A DNA stretch of 64,000 nucleotides from Bacillota bacterium (GCA_040757295.1 JBFLXH010000007.1:35142-99141); one strand, 5' to 3'; positions 36,756-46,673 are shown, counted from the stretch's first letter. Made by a program: numbers and translations. Notes: generated from the sequence alone by a model not told the origin.

Positions 36756-38234
36756 TTATATGTTTTTTGTTTGATGCATTAATTCCATGATAGAAGGATG
36801 CTGATAGTATTGCCTATATATTTGATAATAATAAAATTCTTCCTTATTGCGTAGTAAATGACCCTTGAGTTCTTTCTGACTTTTTTCATATTTTTCGGTA
36901 TCCACCAGCTTATCGAACAGTGTTGATGCTGCAATCCCTGAACCAGAGCCTTGGAAGAATTTCTGTTTTACCCTTTCCGTAATTTGCGATGGCAGTGCTT
37001 GGGCAAAAGCTTCTCGAAGGATCCATTTTTCGATCTTGTCTTTACCCCAGATTTTAAGGTCAATAGGAATTGTTAGCGCAAAGCTTAGCAGCTGGCTATC
37101 CATAAAGGGAATTAGAGGTTCGATGGAATTGGCTGCGTTCATCCTGTCGACCCGCTGGAATCCTCCTTTACGACCGCTGTAAATTAAATGTAACAACTCT
37201 GCGTTTACCTGGTCTTTAGGGAGCTCTTTCAGGTAATGATAACCGCCAAACAATTCATCGGCGCCTTCTCCCACGCAAACGACCTTAACCCCGTTCTCTT
37301 TAGCTAATTTGGAAACGAGATAATTTGCCAACGAACTCCGTACTAGGGGTAAGTCGAAAGATTCTAAGTAATAAATTACCTCAGACGCATGGTTGAGCAG
37401 TTCCGTTTCAGAAAATAGAAATTCATGATGCTCGGTTCCCAGGTACTCAGCTACGCTACGGGCAGCCAACAAATCACTTGCTCCAGGCAACCCAACAGTA
37501 AAGGTAGCTACTTTTGGCGATACTTCTGCTGCAAGAGCGGCAATAATTGAGCTGTCTAGACCTCCGCTCAAAAGAATACCGATTTTCTCATTTCCAGGCA
37601 GCCTAATCTTTAACGCTGCATTTAAGTATTGCCTAAGGTTAAACTTAATCTCTTCGATATCGGCATTATCCAATTCAGAAACTGGCCTTAAGCTAAAATA
37701 CCTAACGAAGCCAGTTTGCGGTGTCCAATAGTGACCTGGAGGGAACTCCTTAATCCCCTCAACAACATCTATTAATGCTTTTATTTCTGAAGCGAAATAA
37801 TAAGTATTTTGGTTTCTGCCATAATAAAAGGGTTTGAGGCCAAAAGGATCTCTTGCCAAAAGCAGGTTTTCACCAGTGGAAATAAAGATAACAAACTCCC
37901 CATTAATTTTTGTTATTGCATCAGGCCCTAATGAATGGTAAAGGTCAATCAGCTTTTGTCTTGCTAATGAGGGCTGTAAATTAGAATCTGGCCTCTCGTT
38001 AAAAAAGAAACGACCGTCAGATAAGACATACTCTTTTTTACGAACCAGGTGAACGCCCGAATCATCCGCTGTGGCCAAATGGCAATAACCTACGGCATGA
38101 TTGTGGCCCGAAAAAGCAGTTTCCAGGTCAGGTCCTCTGTGTTTGATTTTTTCCAGCATACCTTTAAGCTGCTCGGCTCTTCCTTCTTTCACCCCATATA
38201 TGAAGGCGATTCCACTCAATTCAACCACCTCCAA
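36756..38234 (-). CDS. asparagine synthetase B family protein with Ser in place of the N-terminal nucleophilic Cys
   Basis: Full GATase-II plus synthetase domains (RDPFGLKPFYY, ILLSGGLDSS PP-loop). The probable start is TTG at 38219 (RBS GGAGGTG 6 nt upstream), giving M-S-GIAFI instead of the canonical M-C-GIAG. Confidence 0.85.
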   Translation of the reverse strand: MEVVELSGIAFIYGVKEGRAEQLKGMLEKIKHRGPDLETAFSGHNHAVGYCHLATADDSGVHLVRKKEYVLSDGRFFFNERPDSNLQPSLARQKLIDLYHSLGPDAITKINGEFVIFISTGENLLLARDPFGLKPFYYGRNQNTYYFASEIKALIDVVEGIKEFPPGHYWTPQTGFVRYFSLRPVSELDNADIEEIKFNLRQYLNAALKIRLPGNEKIGILLSGGLDSSIIAALAAEVSPKVATFTVGLPGASDLLAARSVAEYLGTEHHEFLFSETELLNHASEVIYYLESFDLPLVRSSLANYLVSKLAKENGVKVVCVGEGADELFGGYHYLKELPKDQVNAELLHLIYSGRKGGFQRVDRMNAANSIEPLIPFMDSQLLSFALTIPIDLKIWGKDKIEKWILREAFAQALPSQITERVKQKFFQGSGSGIAASTLFDKLVDTEKYEKSQKELKGHLLRNKEEFYYYQIYRQYYQHPSIMELMHQTKNI

Positions 38235-38420
38235 AAAAATTTTCCTGTAAGTCCAATTGTGTCAAGCCAATAAGAAGTGGAATCCTGGTACTTCGGCTAT
38301 TCTTTTGCTAGGCGGCAATTTCCTGCCTATGGCAAAAATAACTTTGGTGTCACATTTAAATTATTAACTTTCATAGGGCATAATAACCATAAGAACCTTG
38401 CTTTATAGGAGAGGATAAAA

Positions 38421-38918
38421 ATGACGCGCAGGTATCTGATTGCGGCCATAGTCCTAATTTTGGGGGCATTTTTAATCACTTGGGGGGTATCCTTTTTTGA
38501 TCCTGCCCCACCGCAAAAAAAGAAATTGATACCGGAGCACATAATCAATCAGGAACCACAGCCCGAAATCCTTCGTGTCGCAGATGAATACAGCATAGCT
38601 TTAGCATCAAGAAAATATAACAAAGCAAAGCAAATGGGTACACTTGCAAATAGCATAATGATTGATGGAAATATCCGTCCCTATATTGAAAGGCTTTATA
38701 ACAGTAGTGGCAATAGAATTTTGTTTAAGTCTGTGGTCTTTGAGCGGGCGCTGTTAGTTAGCGAAAATATGGAAGATTTGGTTGTATTAGAGATTCTCAA
38801 TTATGACCATCCTGTCGGGAATAGCACTGGAGCCTTCTTGTCGTTCAGGATAAAAAAAATTGGAGAGAATTATCTTGTTGTCAGTACTAGAATAAAAGAT
38901 AAAAAGGATAATAGCTAG
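38421..38918 (+). CDS. membrane-anchored hypothetical protein (165 aa)
   Basis: N-terminal TM helix (LIAAIVLILGAFLITWGV); no recognisable domain. Confidence 0.5.
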   Translation: MTRRYLIAAIVLILGAFLITWGVSFFDPAPPQKKKLIPEHIINQEPQPEILRVADEYSIALASRKYNKAKQMGTLANSIMIDGNIRPYIERLYNSSGNRILFKSVVFERALLVSENMEDLVVLEILNYDHPVGNSTGAFLSFRIKKIGENYLVVSTRIKDKKDNS

Positions 38919-38987
38919 TGGGCAGTTGACACCAAAGGGCCTACTTCCTTCATAGATTATTAAAACAAATTAAGGAGGTAGAGCAAG

Positions 38988-39719
38988 GTGAAAGTCGGGA
39001 TTGATATTGGTCATGGCGGTTCGGATCCTGGTGCAATAGGCCCCAGCGGATTAAAGGAGAAAGATGTTAATCTTTCAGTGGGACTGATTTTGTTGGATTT
39101 ATTGCGTCAGAGAGGGTTTAATGCCATAGCGCCCCGAACTAAAGATGTTTATGTTTCCCTCAAAGAAAGAGTTAAAAGGTTCAACAATGAAAAGCCTGAT
39201 TTGGTTGTTTCGATACATGTTAATGCATTCAGCGATCCTAGCGCAGATTATATAGCAACATTTATTTACCAGCGGGGTGGCGCTGCGGAAAAGGCTGCAA
39301 AACTAGTGCAGGAGCAATTAAGACTGGGGACAAAATGGAGGGGACCGGCATCTCCAAACGGTTTGATAACAAATAATCTATATATTCTAAGAGAAACTAT
39401 ATCTCCTGCCATACTAGTTGAAATGGGTTTTATTACCAATCCCCGTCATGAACAACAGTTAAGAGACCGTGGTTTTCATCAGGTCCTAGCTGAAGCAATA
39501 GCAAAAGGGCTAGCTGCATACTTTGGGAAACCGGCAGTTGGCGAACCTTCTAACGCTGGCAAGGTGAAAATAGTACTGAATGGAAGAGAAATAGCTTTTG
39601 ATGTTGATCCGGTTATTATTGCAGGCCGGGTTGTTGCGCCTGTCCGCCAGCTTGCTGAGGCTTTGGGCGCAAAGGTTATATGGGATGCGGAGCAAATGAC
39701 CGTTTTTCTTGAGAAATAA
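38988..39719 (+). CDS. N-acetylmuramoyl-L-alanine amidase (Amidase_3) with C-terminal Cu-amine-oxidase-N1-like domain
   Basis: MKVGIDIGHGG...SIHVNAF zinc-amidase motifs; C-terminal VAPVRQLAEALGAKV repeat-like segment. Confidence 0.85.
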   Translation: MKVGIDIGHGGSDPGAIGPSGLKEKDVNLSVGLILLDLLRQRGFNAIAPRTKDVYVSLKERVKRFNNEKPDLVVSIHVNAFSDPSADYIATFIYQRGGAAEKAAKLVQEQLRLGTKWRGPASPNGLITNNLYILRETISPAILVEMGFITNPRHEQQLRDRGFHQVLAEAIAKGLAAYFGKPAVGEPSNAGKVKIVLNGREIAFDVDPVIIAGRVVAPVRQLAEALGAKVIWDAEQMTVFLEK

Positions 39720-39877
39720 GAATTATTCTATTCAATTGCCCGTTCGCCAATGTGTAGTTTTTTGTTATTCCGGTAATAATTATATAGACCCCCACGCCGC
39801 TTATCGCGGCACCATCAGAGGGATGAAGAAATATGACAAGCTATTTTCAGGGCAGATAGCTTCTTGTTAATAAAGGG

Positions 39878-41155
39878 GTGAAAATACTTCTAGTGCATGC
39901 AATCAGCCTGTGGGAATGGGCTTTATTATTCTTTTTATTTTTAATGTCCAGTTTTTTTTCGGCAACAGAAACAGCTTTATTTTCAATCGGACCGGTTAAA
40001 GTGAGGCAATTGGTGGAAAAAAAAGTACCCGGTTCGGAGATCGTCGACAGATTAGTCAACAGGCCTAATAACCTATTGGCTACTATCCTTGTGGGAAATA
40101 ATATAGTGAACATTGCCGCCACGGCTATGGCGACCTCTATGGCATTAAGGATTTTTGGCAAGGGCGGAGTAGGGATTGCAGTAGCTGCTTTAACCATAAT
40201 AGTACTGTTATTCGGAGAGTTAACGCCAAAGACCTATGCGGCTAATAATCAGGAAAAAGTCTGCTTAAGGGTGGCTAGGCCATTATCATTACTACAGAAA
40301 ATTTTTTCACCGTTAATAAAGCTTCTAGGTAGCCTTGCTAACCTTTTTGTTATGATTTTGGGTGGAGAGGTGAAAAGCTCCCAAAGTTTTGTATCATCTG
40401 AAGAAATAAAGACTATGGTTAACGTTGGACTTGAGGAAGGAGTTATTCCTCCGCAGCAGTGCAGGATGATTGACAGTATTTTTAATCTAAATAACATTAG
40501 AGTTAGAGAGATGATGGTTCCTAGGGTAGATATAGTAGGAATCGAGGCAGGCACTTCCGTGTCCCGCGTTGGTGAACTTGTTGCTCGGACAGGCCATTCC
40601 CGTTTTCCTGTGTACTTAGAAAACCTAGACAAAGTCCTTGGCCTTATTTATGCTAAAGATATAATAGCCCATGATAGAACAAACAATGAAGATATGCGAG
40701 TAGATGACCTGATGCGGGAGTGTTCTTTTGTCCCGGAAACCAAAACCGCAGGTGAAATGATTAAATATTTCCAGCAAAGAAATACTCATGTTGCAATTGT
40801 AGTAGATGAGTTCGGTGGGACTGCTGGAATGGTGACTTTAGAGGATCTGCTAAAATGTATTGTCGGAGATATTATCTCGGAAAGCCCTCAGGCTGTTAAC
40901 GATAATCAAATTAGCTGGCTTAGCCCTGGGGAAGCGCTAATTAATGCCCGTTTGTCTATCAGCGAGATCAACCATTTGCTGGATATCAATTTGCCGCAAA
41001 AAGACTACGATACGGTAGCCGGATTAGTATTAGGGCTTTTAGGAAATGTGCCCCAAAAAGGGCAAGCGGTAGTTTTTCAAGGCTTGCGCTTTATTATTGA
41101 AGAAACTGAAGGTAACCGTATTAGAAAAGTAAGAATAATAAAAAGAGGCAACTAA
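39878..41155 (+). CDS. CNNM/DUF21-CBS-CorC_HlyC family protein (hemolysin-like, Mg/Co efflux type)
   Basis: DUF21 TM domain, then two CBS motifs and a C-terminal CorC/HlyC transporter-associated domain; 425 aa. Confidence 0.85.
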   Translation: MKILLVHAISLWEWALLFFLFLMSSFFSATETALFSIGPVKVRQLVEKKVPGSEIVDRLVNRPNNLLATILVGNNIVNIAATAMATSMALRIFGKGGVGIAVAALTIIVLLFGELTPKTYAANNQEKVCLRVARPLSLLQKIFSPLIKLLGSLANLFVMILGGEVKSSQSFVSSEEIKTMVNVGLEEGVIPPQQCRMIDSIFNLNNIRVREMMVPRVDIVGIEAGTSVSRVGELVARTGHSRFPVYLENLDKVLGLIYAKDIIAHDRTNNEDMRVDDLMRECSFVPETKTAGEMIKYFQQRNTHVAIVVDEFGGTAGMVTLEDLLKCIVGDIISESPQAVNDNQISWLSPGEALINARLSISEINHLLDINLPQKDYDTVAGLVLGLLGNVPQKGQAVVFQGLRFIIEETEGNRIRKVRIIKRGN

Positions 41156-41299
41156 ACTAAACTCCCATTGGGCACCCTCTGCTGGTGGAACTGCTGAATA
41201 ATATTTGACGCAAAAAATTTTATCTTGCTAATTGGTTATTGAGCAGTGAAAAGAATATTGGTAGAATTGACAAAGGAGCCCATATAGGAGGAAATTTGC

Positions 41300-42103
41300 T
41301 TGCAAAATTTATTTATGGATTACCATGTACACTCGAATTATTCTATTGATGGTGATGGGAAAATAAGGGATTATTGCCGCCGGGCGGTTGAAATTGGCTT
41401 GCAGGAAATCGTCTTCACTGAGCATTTTGATTATCACCCTTCAGATCCGGGAACTGGATATTTTGATTATGCAGGTTACTCTAAAGAAGTCAAACAATGC
41501 AGAGAAGAATTTGGCAGATACTTAACAGTAAAAATGGGGTTGGAGTTGGGGGAATCCCACTTATATAAAGAAAAAACCACAAAGTTTCTGGCAAGTAAAG
41601 ATTTTGATTTTCTAATTGGATCCGTTCATTGGATAGGACAACAAGCCCTTCATATTGATTTCTGCTGTTCTATGAAGGTAGACGAAGCCTTTAAGAACTA
41701 CTTTTACGAAGTGGCAGAATTAATAAAAAGCGGGGGTTTCCATGTTCTTGGTCATTTGGATGTCTTAAAACGTTATACTCCTCCATGGTATCCCCAGTTT
41801 GATGCCGAACGCTACAGAGAAGAGATTTCTACTATTTTAGAGGTTGCGGTAGAAAAAGGCATAGGTCTGGAAATAAATACTTCCGGCTTAAGACATGGCT
41901 TAAAAGAAACCCTTCCTTCCAGGACTATTTTAAGCTGGTATAAAAAAATGGGTGGAGAAATAATTACATTAGGTTCTGACAGCCATCGAGTTCTGGATTT
42001 GGCCAGTGGATTAACGGAAGGGTATGAATTGGCAAAAAGCCTAGGATTCCAGTATGTAGCCAGTTATTCTGAGGGTAAAATTCATTTTCACAGGCTGCAG
42101 TAA
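41300..42103 (+). CDS. PHP-domain histidinol-phosphatase family protein (HisJ-like)
   Basis: DYHVHSNYS...FTEH...GSVHW...GSDSH metal-binding motifs. Start TTG 41300 or ATG 41315. Confidence 0.75.
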   Translation: MQNLFMDYHVHSNYSIDGDGKIRDYCRRAVEIGLQEIVFTEHFDYHPSDPGTGYFDYAGYSKEVKQCREEFGRYLTVKMGLELGESHLYKEKTTKFLASKDFDFLIGSVHWIGQQALHIDFCCSMKVDEAFKNYFYEVAELIKSGGFHVLGHLDVLKRYTPPWYPQFDAERYREEISTILEVAVEKGIGLEINTSGLRHGLKETLPSRTILSWYKKMGGEIITLGSDSHRVLDLASGLTEGYELAKSLGFQYVASYSEGKIHFHRLQ

Positions 42104-42124
42104 CAGAATAGGGGGTGGGGGAGA

Positions 42125-42805
42125 ATGAGTTCCAGCAAGAATCTCGGCTTCTTATTTGTTGTAAGCTTACTGTTTTTTATTGTGCTCGGTTGCGGAAGTA
42201 AAGCAGGTTCTCCATTAAAGCCAGAGGTAAAAAAAGAGCCACAGGCGGCTCAAAAACCAATTAGTGAGAGTGTAATTAATAAAAATCAACCCCCAAAAAA
42301 AGAGGACCCTATTCCAGTTCCAGATAAAACCGTTAATGCCGATAGGAATGTCTCCGAAAAGGATCTGAATACTAAAGAAGCTTACCTGACAGAAAGCGAC
42401 TTAGGGTTAGCAGGTATCATGTTGTACGATAGCCCCGAACGGATAATACAGGTCTGGGGTATCCCCGAAAAGGTCCTGCCTGATGAAGATTACCCTAACA
42501 CCGATATTTACCTATACACCGTTGAAGAGAATATTAAGCTCAATTTCTGGGTGAATAAGGAGCATAATTACATCCTGGCAATTGTAGTCGAACATGAAGG
42601 AGTTATTCCAGCTAGCTTGCCGCCCATTGAGACTCCGCGTGGGTTGCGCTTGGGTCACCCTGTTGAAAAGCTGGCAGAGATGTATGGCCTTTGGATAGAT
42701 GCCGGGGATGGGTTATTGTATTCTACTGAAGATATGATGGTTGGATTAAAGATAGGGGTTACGGATGGCCATGTCTCCCGGATGTTTTTATTTATTGGAG
42801 ACTAG
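42125..42805 (+). CDS. hypothetical lipoprotein (226 aa)
   Basis: Signal peptide with lipobox VLGCGS; Lys/Pro-rich linker; no known domain. Confidence 0.55.
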   Translation: MSSSKNLGFLFVVSLLFFIVLGCGSKAGSPLKPEVKKEPQAAQKPISESVINKNQPPKKEDPIPVPDKTVNADRNVSEKDLNTKEAYLTESDLGLAGIMLYDSPERIIQVWGIPEKVLPDEDYPNTDIYLYTVEENIKLNFWVNKEHNYILAIVVEHEGVIPASLPPIETPRGLRLGHPVEKLAEMYGLWIDAGDGLLYSTEDMMVGLKIGVTDGHVSRMFLFIGD

Positions 42806-43021
42806 CTGGATAAGATAAGTAATAGCCCTCGGAAGTGGGCTAAATTACAATAACAGTTATTTTTTTGGTAAAAAACAGCTAGGGCAGTTTAAGTTACTTC
42901 TATTATATTTGCTTTGAGGAGCTTGTTGGGTGCATAGGCCGTTTAAATACCAGTGGCAATCGTACCTGAAACAAAGATCATTTCTCATGGTCATGCCTCC
43001 CCAACAATTTAAGTTAGTCTA

Positions 43022-43228
43022 TTATTTCATCTTGTACTGGGGTTCTTGTTGCTCAACGTAATTAATTCGACCTTTCAGGTTTTGGGCTATGCTTTCCAGT
43101 TGGCGGGCATAGTTGTTAAATTCTGTTTGAGCGTTTTTGTCTTGGGTATCTAACGCAAAGGTCTTTAGTGAGGCGCTGGCAGTTTCTATGCTTGCTAAGC
43201 ATTGGTGTAGTTTTTGTCCGACAGTCAT
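43022..43228 (-). CDS. DUF1657 family small protein (sporulation-associated)
   Basis: 68 aa; MTVGQKLHQCLASIETASASLKTFALDTQDKNAQ matches the DUF1657 pattern. Confidence 0.7.
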   Translation of the reverse strand: MTVGQKLHQCLASIETASASLKTFALDTQDKNAQTEFNNYARQLESIAQNLKGRINYVEQQEPQYKMK

Positions 43229-43564
43229 TTTTTTACTCCCTTTCTTTTATGAATTAAAACTTAGGACTAGTATTTGTTTTTATTTTAATTATATGCAAAA
43301 AAAACGCTGCGGCCAGGGAAGTGAAGGTGGGAAAAACTGGTTCAGGTTAAGGTGCAAAAGAAAACCAAAAATTTGAGCTGTCCGGTTGAGCAGACTTTCA
43401 AGATAAGTTTATTAACTTTTTTGGTTTTTCCATCTATCTGATTGGAAGTGTAAAAGGAAATTGTCAATTGAAAAAGAATAAAAAGAGGTGCAATAGCCAA
43501 TCCTGTATTGAACACCATATTTTTTCATGGAGATTAACAGGTTAAAGAAAGGAGATACATCGCT

Positions 43565-44836
43565 ATGGCGGGGAAAGAATACACCAATGAAGCCCAAGAA
43601 ATGGTCGAAAAAACCCTTGAGGACTACGGTACATATGTTAACGAAGGGTTAGCGAGAATGTTTCGTTTTTTAGGCTTTACTACTTTGGAATGGGAAAACT
43701 TCGGTGCAGTGGTTAAAGACATTTTTGGTAAAGAGTATATTGACTGCGGCGGATATGGCGTATTTTTTCACGGGCATCGTCATCCCAAAGTGGTAGCAGC
43801 TGTAAAAAATCAGTTAGAGCAATTCCCCCTTTCAAATCGCTTGCTGCCACAAAAGCCGGTAGCCGAATTAGCCCGTTTGTTGGCAGAAGTAACTCCTGGA
43901 AACCTGCAGTACAGCTTCTTTTGTAACAGCGGCGCCGAAGCTGTTGAAGGCGCTTTGAAACTAGCTCGGGCATACACCTTGCGATCCGGTATTGTATCTA
44001 CTTATGGGGCATTTCACGGTAAGACATTTGGGTCACTGTCGGCTAGTGGGCGGGAGCTATATAGGGAACCATTTTACCCTCTTCTACCGGGAGTTGTCCA
44101 CGTTCCATTTGGGGATCTAACAGCCATGGAGAAGGCTGTTAATAGGGAAACTGCAGCTGTCATTTTAGAGCCAATTCAGGGTGAAGGGGGGGTTTTACTC
44201 CCGCCTGATAATTACTTGAACGAGGTTAGAGATTTGTGCGACCGCACAGGGGCTTTGCTGGTATTGGATGAAGTTCAGACAGGCATAGGGAGAACCGGAA
44301 AGATGTTCGCCTGTGAACACTGGCATGTTACGCCCGATATTATCTGCATGGCAAAATCCTTGGGCGGGGGAGTCATGCCTATAGGAGCTTTTACAACTAA
44401 AAAAGAAATATTTGAACCCTTTAACGAGAACCCTTACCTGCATTCTTCTACTTTTGGAGGCAATCCTCTGGCTTGCGCTGCAGGCTATGCGGCTATTGAA
44501 ACCATTCTGCAGGATGGATTGCTGGAAAGGGCGGCTAGGTTGGGGGACTATGCCATCTCAAAACTAAATCTATTAAAAGAGCAGTTCCCGAGGGTGATTG
44601 CCGATGTAAGAGGAAAAGGTCTTTTAATCGGAATTGAGCTGGAGGACGAAGGCTCCGGTGGCTTTCTAGTATCGAGACTGCTGGAGCACGGAGTAATTGT
44701 TGTGGTTTCGCTTAATAAGCCGAAAGTAATTCGATTTATGCCTCCGGCGATAATTTCGGATGAACAACTGGATTTTTCTTTGAGCGCTTTTGCGGAATCA
44801 GTTAGCTATGTTAATGAAATAGTGGCCCAGATTTAA
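43565..44836 (+). CDS. class-III PLP aminotransferase (ornithine/putrescine/acetylornithine aminotransferase-like)
   Basis: PLP Lys region (DIICMAKSLGGG); GAEAVEGALKLAR; 423 aa. Confidence 0.85.
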   Translation: MAGKEYTNEAQEMVEKTLEDYGTYVNEGLARMFRFLGFTTLEWENFGAVVKDIFGKEYIDCGGYGVFFHGHRHPKVVAAVKNQLEQFPLSNRLLPQKPVAELARLLAEVTPGNLQYSFFCNSGAEAVEGALKLARAYTLRSGIVSTYGAFHGKTFGSLSASGRELYREPFYPLLPGVVHVPFGDLTAMEKAVNRETAAVILEPIQGEGGVLLPPDNYLNEVRDLCDRTGALLVLDEVQTGIGRTGKMFACEHWHVTPDIICMAKSLGGGVMPIGAFTTKKEIFEPFNENPYLHSSTFGGNPLACAAGYAAIETILQDGLLERAARLGDYAISKLNLLKEQFPRVIADVRGKGLLIGIELEDEGSGGFLVSRLLEHGVIVVVSLNKPKVIRFMPPAIISDEQLDFSLSAFAESVSYVNEIVAQI

Positions 44837-44850
44837 AGGGGGGAAAACTT

Positions 44851-45291
44851 ATGCCATATATTGAGGTTACTAAAGGTATTGATGCCACACCGGAAATTGT
44901 TTATGACCTGGCAAAAGATATGGAATCCTACCCCAAGTTCATGGAAAGCGTGGAAAAGGTGGAAACCCTCGAACGTGGCGACGGTTATACGATAACCAAG
45001 TGGCATACAAAGCTGCAAGGGCGTCCGGTAGTATGGACTGAGAGAGACGTGTTTGATGATGTTGCCAAGAGAATTGACTATTCTCTGGTTCAGGGAGATC
45101 TAAAAAAATTTGAAGGGGCATGGACTTTTCAGCCCCATGGAGACGGAACGCAGGTTAAGCTTACAGTCGATTTTGAGTTGGGAATACCCATGTTTGCAGC
45201 ATTATTAAATCCTATTGCTGTAATGACAGTAAGACAAAACTGTGAAAGCATGCTGGAAGCCATGAAAAAGCAGCTAGAACAAAATAAATAG
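44851..45291 (+). CDS. SRPBCC (START/polyketide-cyclase-like) domain protein
   Basis: 146 aa; SRPBCC-like beta-grip pattern (YPKFMESVEKVETLE...). Confidence 0.7.
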   Translation: MPYIEVTKGIDATPEIVYDLAKDMESYPKFMESVEKVETLERGDGYTITKWHTKLQGRPVVWTERDVFDDVAKRIDYSLVQGDLKKFEGAWTFQPHGDGTQVKLTVDFELGIPMFAALLNPIAVMTVRQNCESMLEAMKKQLEQNK

Positions 45292-45383
45292 TAAAATAAA
45301 AGGGGTGCCGTCAAGGCGCCCTTTCATATTATCTTCTTTTGTGGACAAAATAAGAGATAGAGCAAAACGCCGGGGGGCCTTTT

Positions 45384-45626
45384 ATGGGAGAAATAACAAT
45401 CTACACTGCTCCTGCTTGACCACTTTGCGCGAAAGTGAAAGAGTATCTTTCAAAGAAGGGTTTGTGCTTCCAGGAAATAGATGTGGTAATAAACTTAGAA
45501 GCTCGGGAACAGATGGTTGCCAAAACAGGAATAATGGCTGTTCCAGCAGTAGACTTGGCCGGGGAGATGGTAGTTGGTTTTAATCGCCACAGGCTTGATC
45601 AATTAATATTTAGGATGATGGAATAA
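45384..45626 (+). CDS. glutaredoxin/NrdH-like redoxin with in-frame TGA at the redox-active position (candidate selenoprotein, U-P-L-C motif)
   Basis: RBS GGGGGG then ATG 45384. Codon 12 is TGA (45417-45419), which lies where the first Cys of CxxC would be (IYTAPA-U-PLC...EIDV...GIMAVPAV...VVGF, a Grx/NrdH fold). Candidate SECIS hairpins lie just downstream. Confidence 0.6.
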
Positions 45627-45681
45627 TCAATAGCCATCGGAGGGAAAATATGCCCGAAGAAAATCGGAAGGGAGGGGTTTT

Positions 45682-45888
45682 ATGCCAAACCTGACTCAAG
45701 CGGAACTAATGCAGTTAAGGGAAGACATAAGTGCTGAAATGCTAATGATTCAAAAATTTGCTGCTTATGCAAACATGTGTAATGACCAACAGGTGAAACA
45801 GGTCATAACCAATGTGCAGCGCACGCACGAAAGACACAGGGACATTTTAATGCGCCATCTAATGGCAGCCGGTCAAGGAATGATGTAG
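45682..45888 (+). CDS. Coat F domain protein (spore coat protein F-like), short
   Basis: AELMQLREDISAEMLMIQKFAAYANMC resembles the Coat_F domain; 68 aa. Confidence 0.55.
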   Translation: MPNLTQAELMQLREDISAEMLMIQKFAAYANMCNDQQVKQVITNVQRTHERHRDILMRHLMAAGQGMM

Positions 45889-45911
45889 TTTATTGCAAAG
45901 GAGGAGTCTAA

Positions 45912-46382
45912 GTGACCCACCATATGGAGCATGCGGGACAAGGAGTCCAAATGCATCAGATGCAGACGGCCGGTGGTGCCAATCTGCTCACTGATAAAAA
46001 CATTTTAAGTGATTGCCTGGCTTCCCAAAAGTTTTTGGCAGCATGTTATAATCATGCTGTAACAGAAAGTGCTAATGAAAGTTTGCGGCGGGATTTCATG
46101 GGTATTTACCAGGAAGAGCAAAACAACCTAAAAGCCGTCTTTGATGTTATGACAAGGCAAGGCTGGTACAACCTGAATTATGCTAACCCTCAGGATATTG
46201 CTCAGGTTCAACATCAATTCCAGCAAGAGATGGCCCAAGGAGGACAGCCTCAAAACTTTACCGCCCAGCACCAATACCAAGCCAATGTACCGGCCCAACA
46301 GTTTAACCAATATGGGGTGCAAGCCGGACAATTTACTCCCCATCATCACCCCGGTTTTCAACAGCCTTACCGGAATTGGTAA
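45912..46382 (+). CDS. Coat F domain protein (spore coat protein F-like) with Q-rich tail
   Basis: NILSDCLASQKFLAACYNHAVTESANESLRRDF Coat_F core; own RBS AAGGAGG; 156 aa. Confidence 0.65.
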   Translation: MTHHMEHAGQGVQMHQMQTAGGANLLTDKNILSDCLASQKFLAACYNHAVTESANESLRRDFMGIYQEEQNNLKAVFDVMTRQGWYNLNYANPQDIAQVQHQFQQEMAQGGQPQNFTAQHQYQANVPAQQFNQYGVQAGQFTPHHHPGFQQPYRNW

Positions 46383-46388
46383 AAAAAA

Positions 46389-46429
46389 GGGCACAAGCTT
46401 GATAAATCAGGTTGTGCCCCTTTTTCTTG
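46389..46429 (+). terminator. terminator after cotF-like genes
   Basis: GGGCACAA...TTGTGCCC hairpin followed by CTTTTTCTT. Confidence 0.6.
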
Positions 46430-46645
46430 GGGGGGGGGGTAAGATGCACGAGAGCGTCACTATTGTCGCTGCAAATTGTCTTAAATATGAAGCCATTACC
46501 TCTGCTCAGGGTTATGGTTTTTCCCTTTTAAATCATTTGCCGTACATTCCCAGATGCGATAGTTGCGTTAATTGGCTTGCTGGGACCTGTAATGAGTATG
46601 TAATTAACCAGCGAAAAATACTAATAACTAGAGTTTATTCGAGTA

Positions 46646-46673
46646 TTGACTTTTCTTCTCACCGTATTATAAT
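46646..46673 (+). promoter_or_regulatory. sigma-A promoter of glnA
   Basis: TTGACT, 16-nt spacer, TATAAT. Confidence 0.65.

Noticed and set aside
45305-45583. 92-aa ORF in an alternative frame across the glutaredoxin-like region
   Set aside because: Superseded by the Sec-containing reading frame 45384-45626, which alone yields a recognisable redoxin fold.
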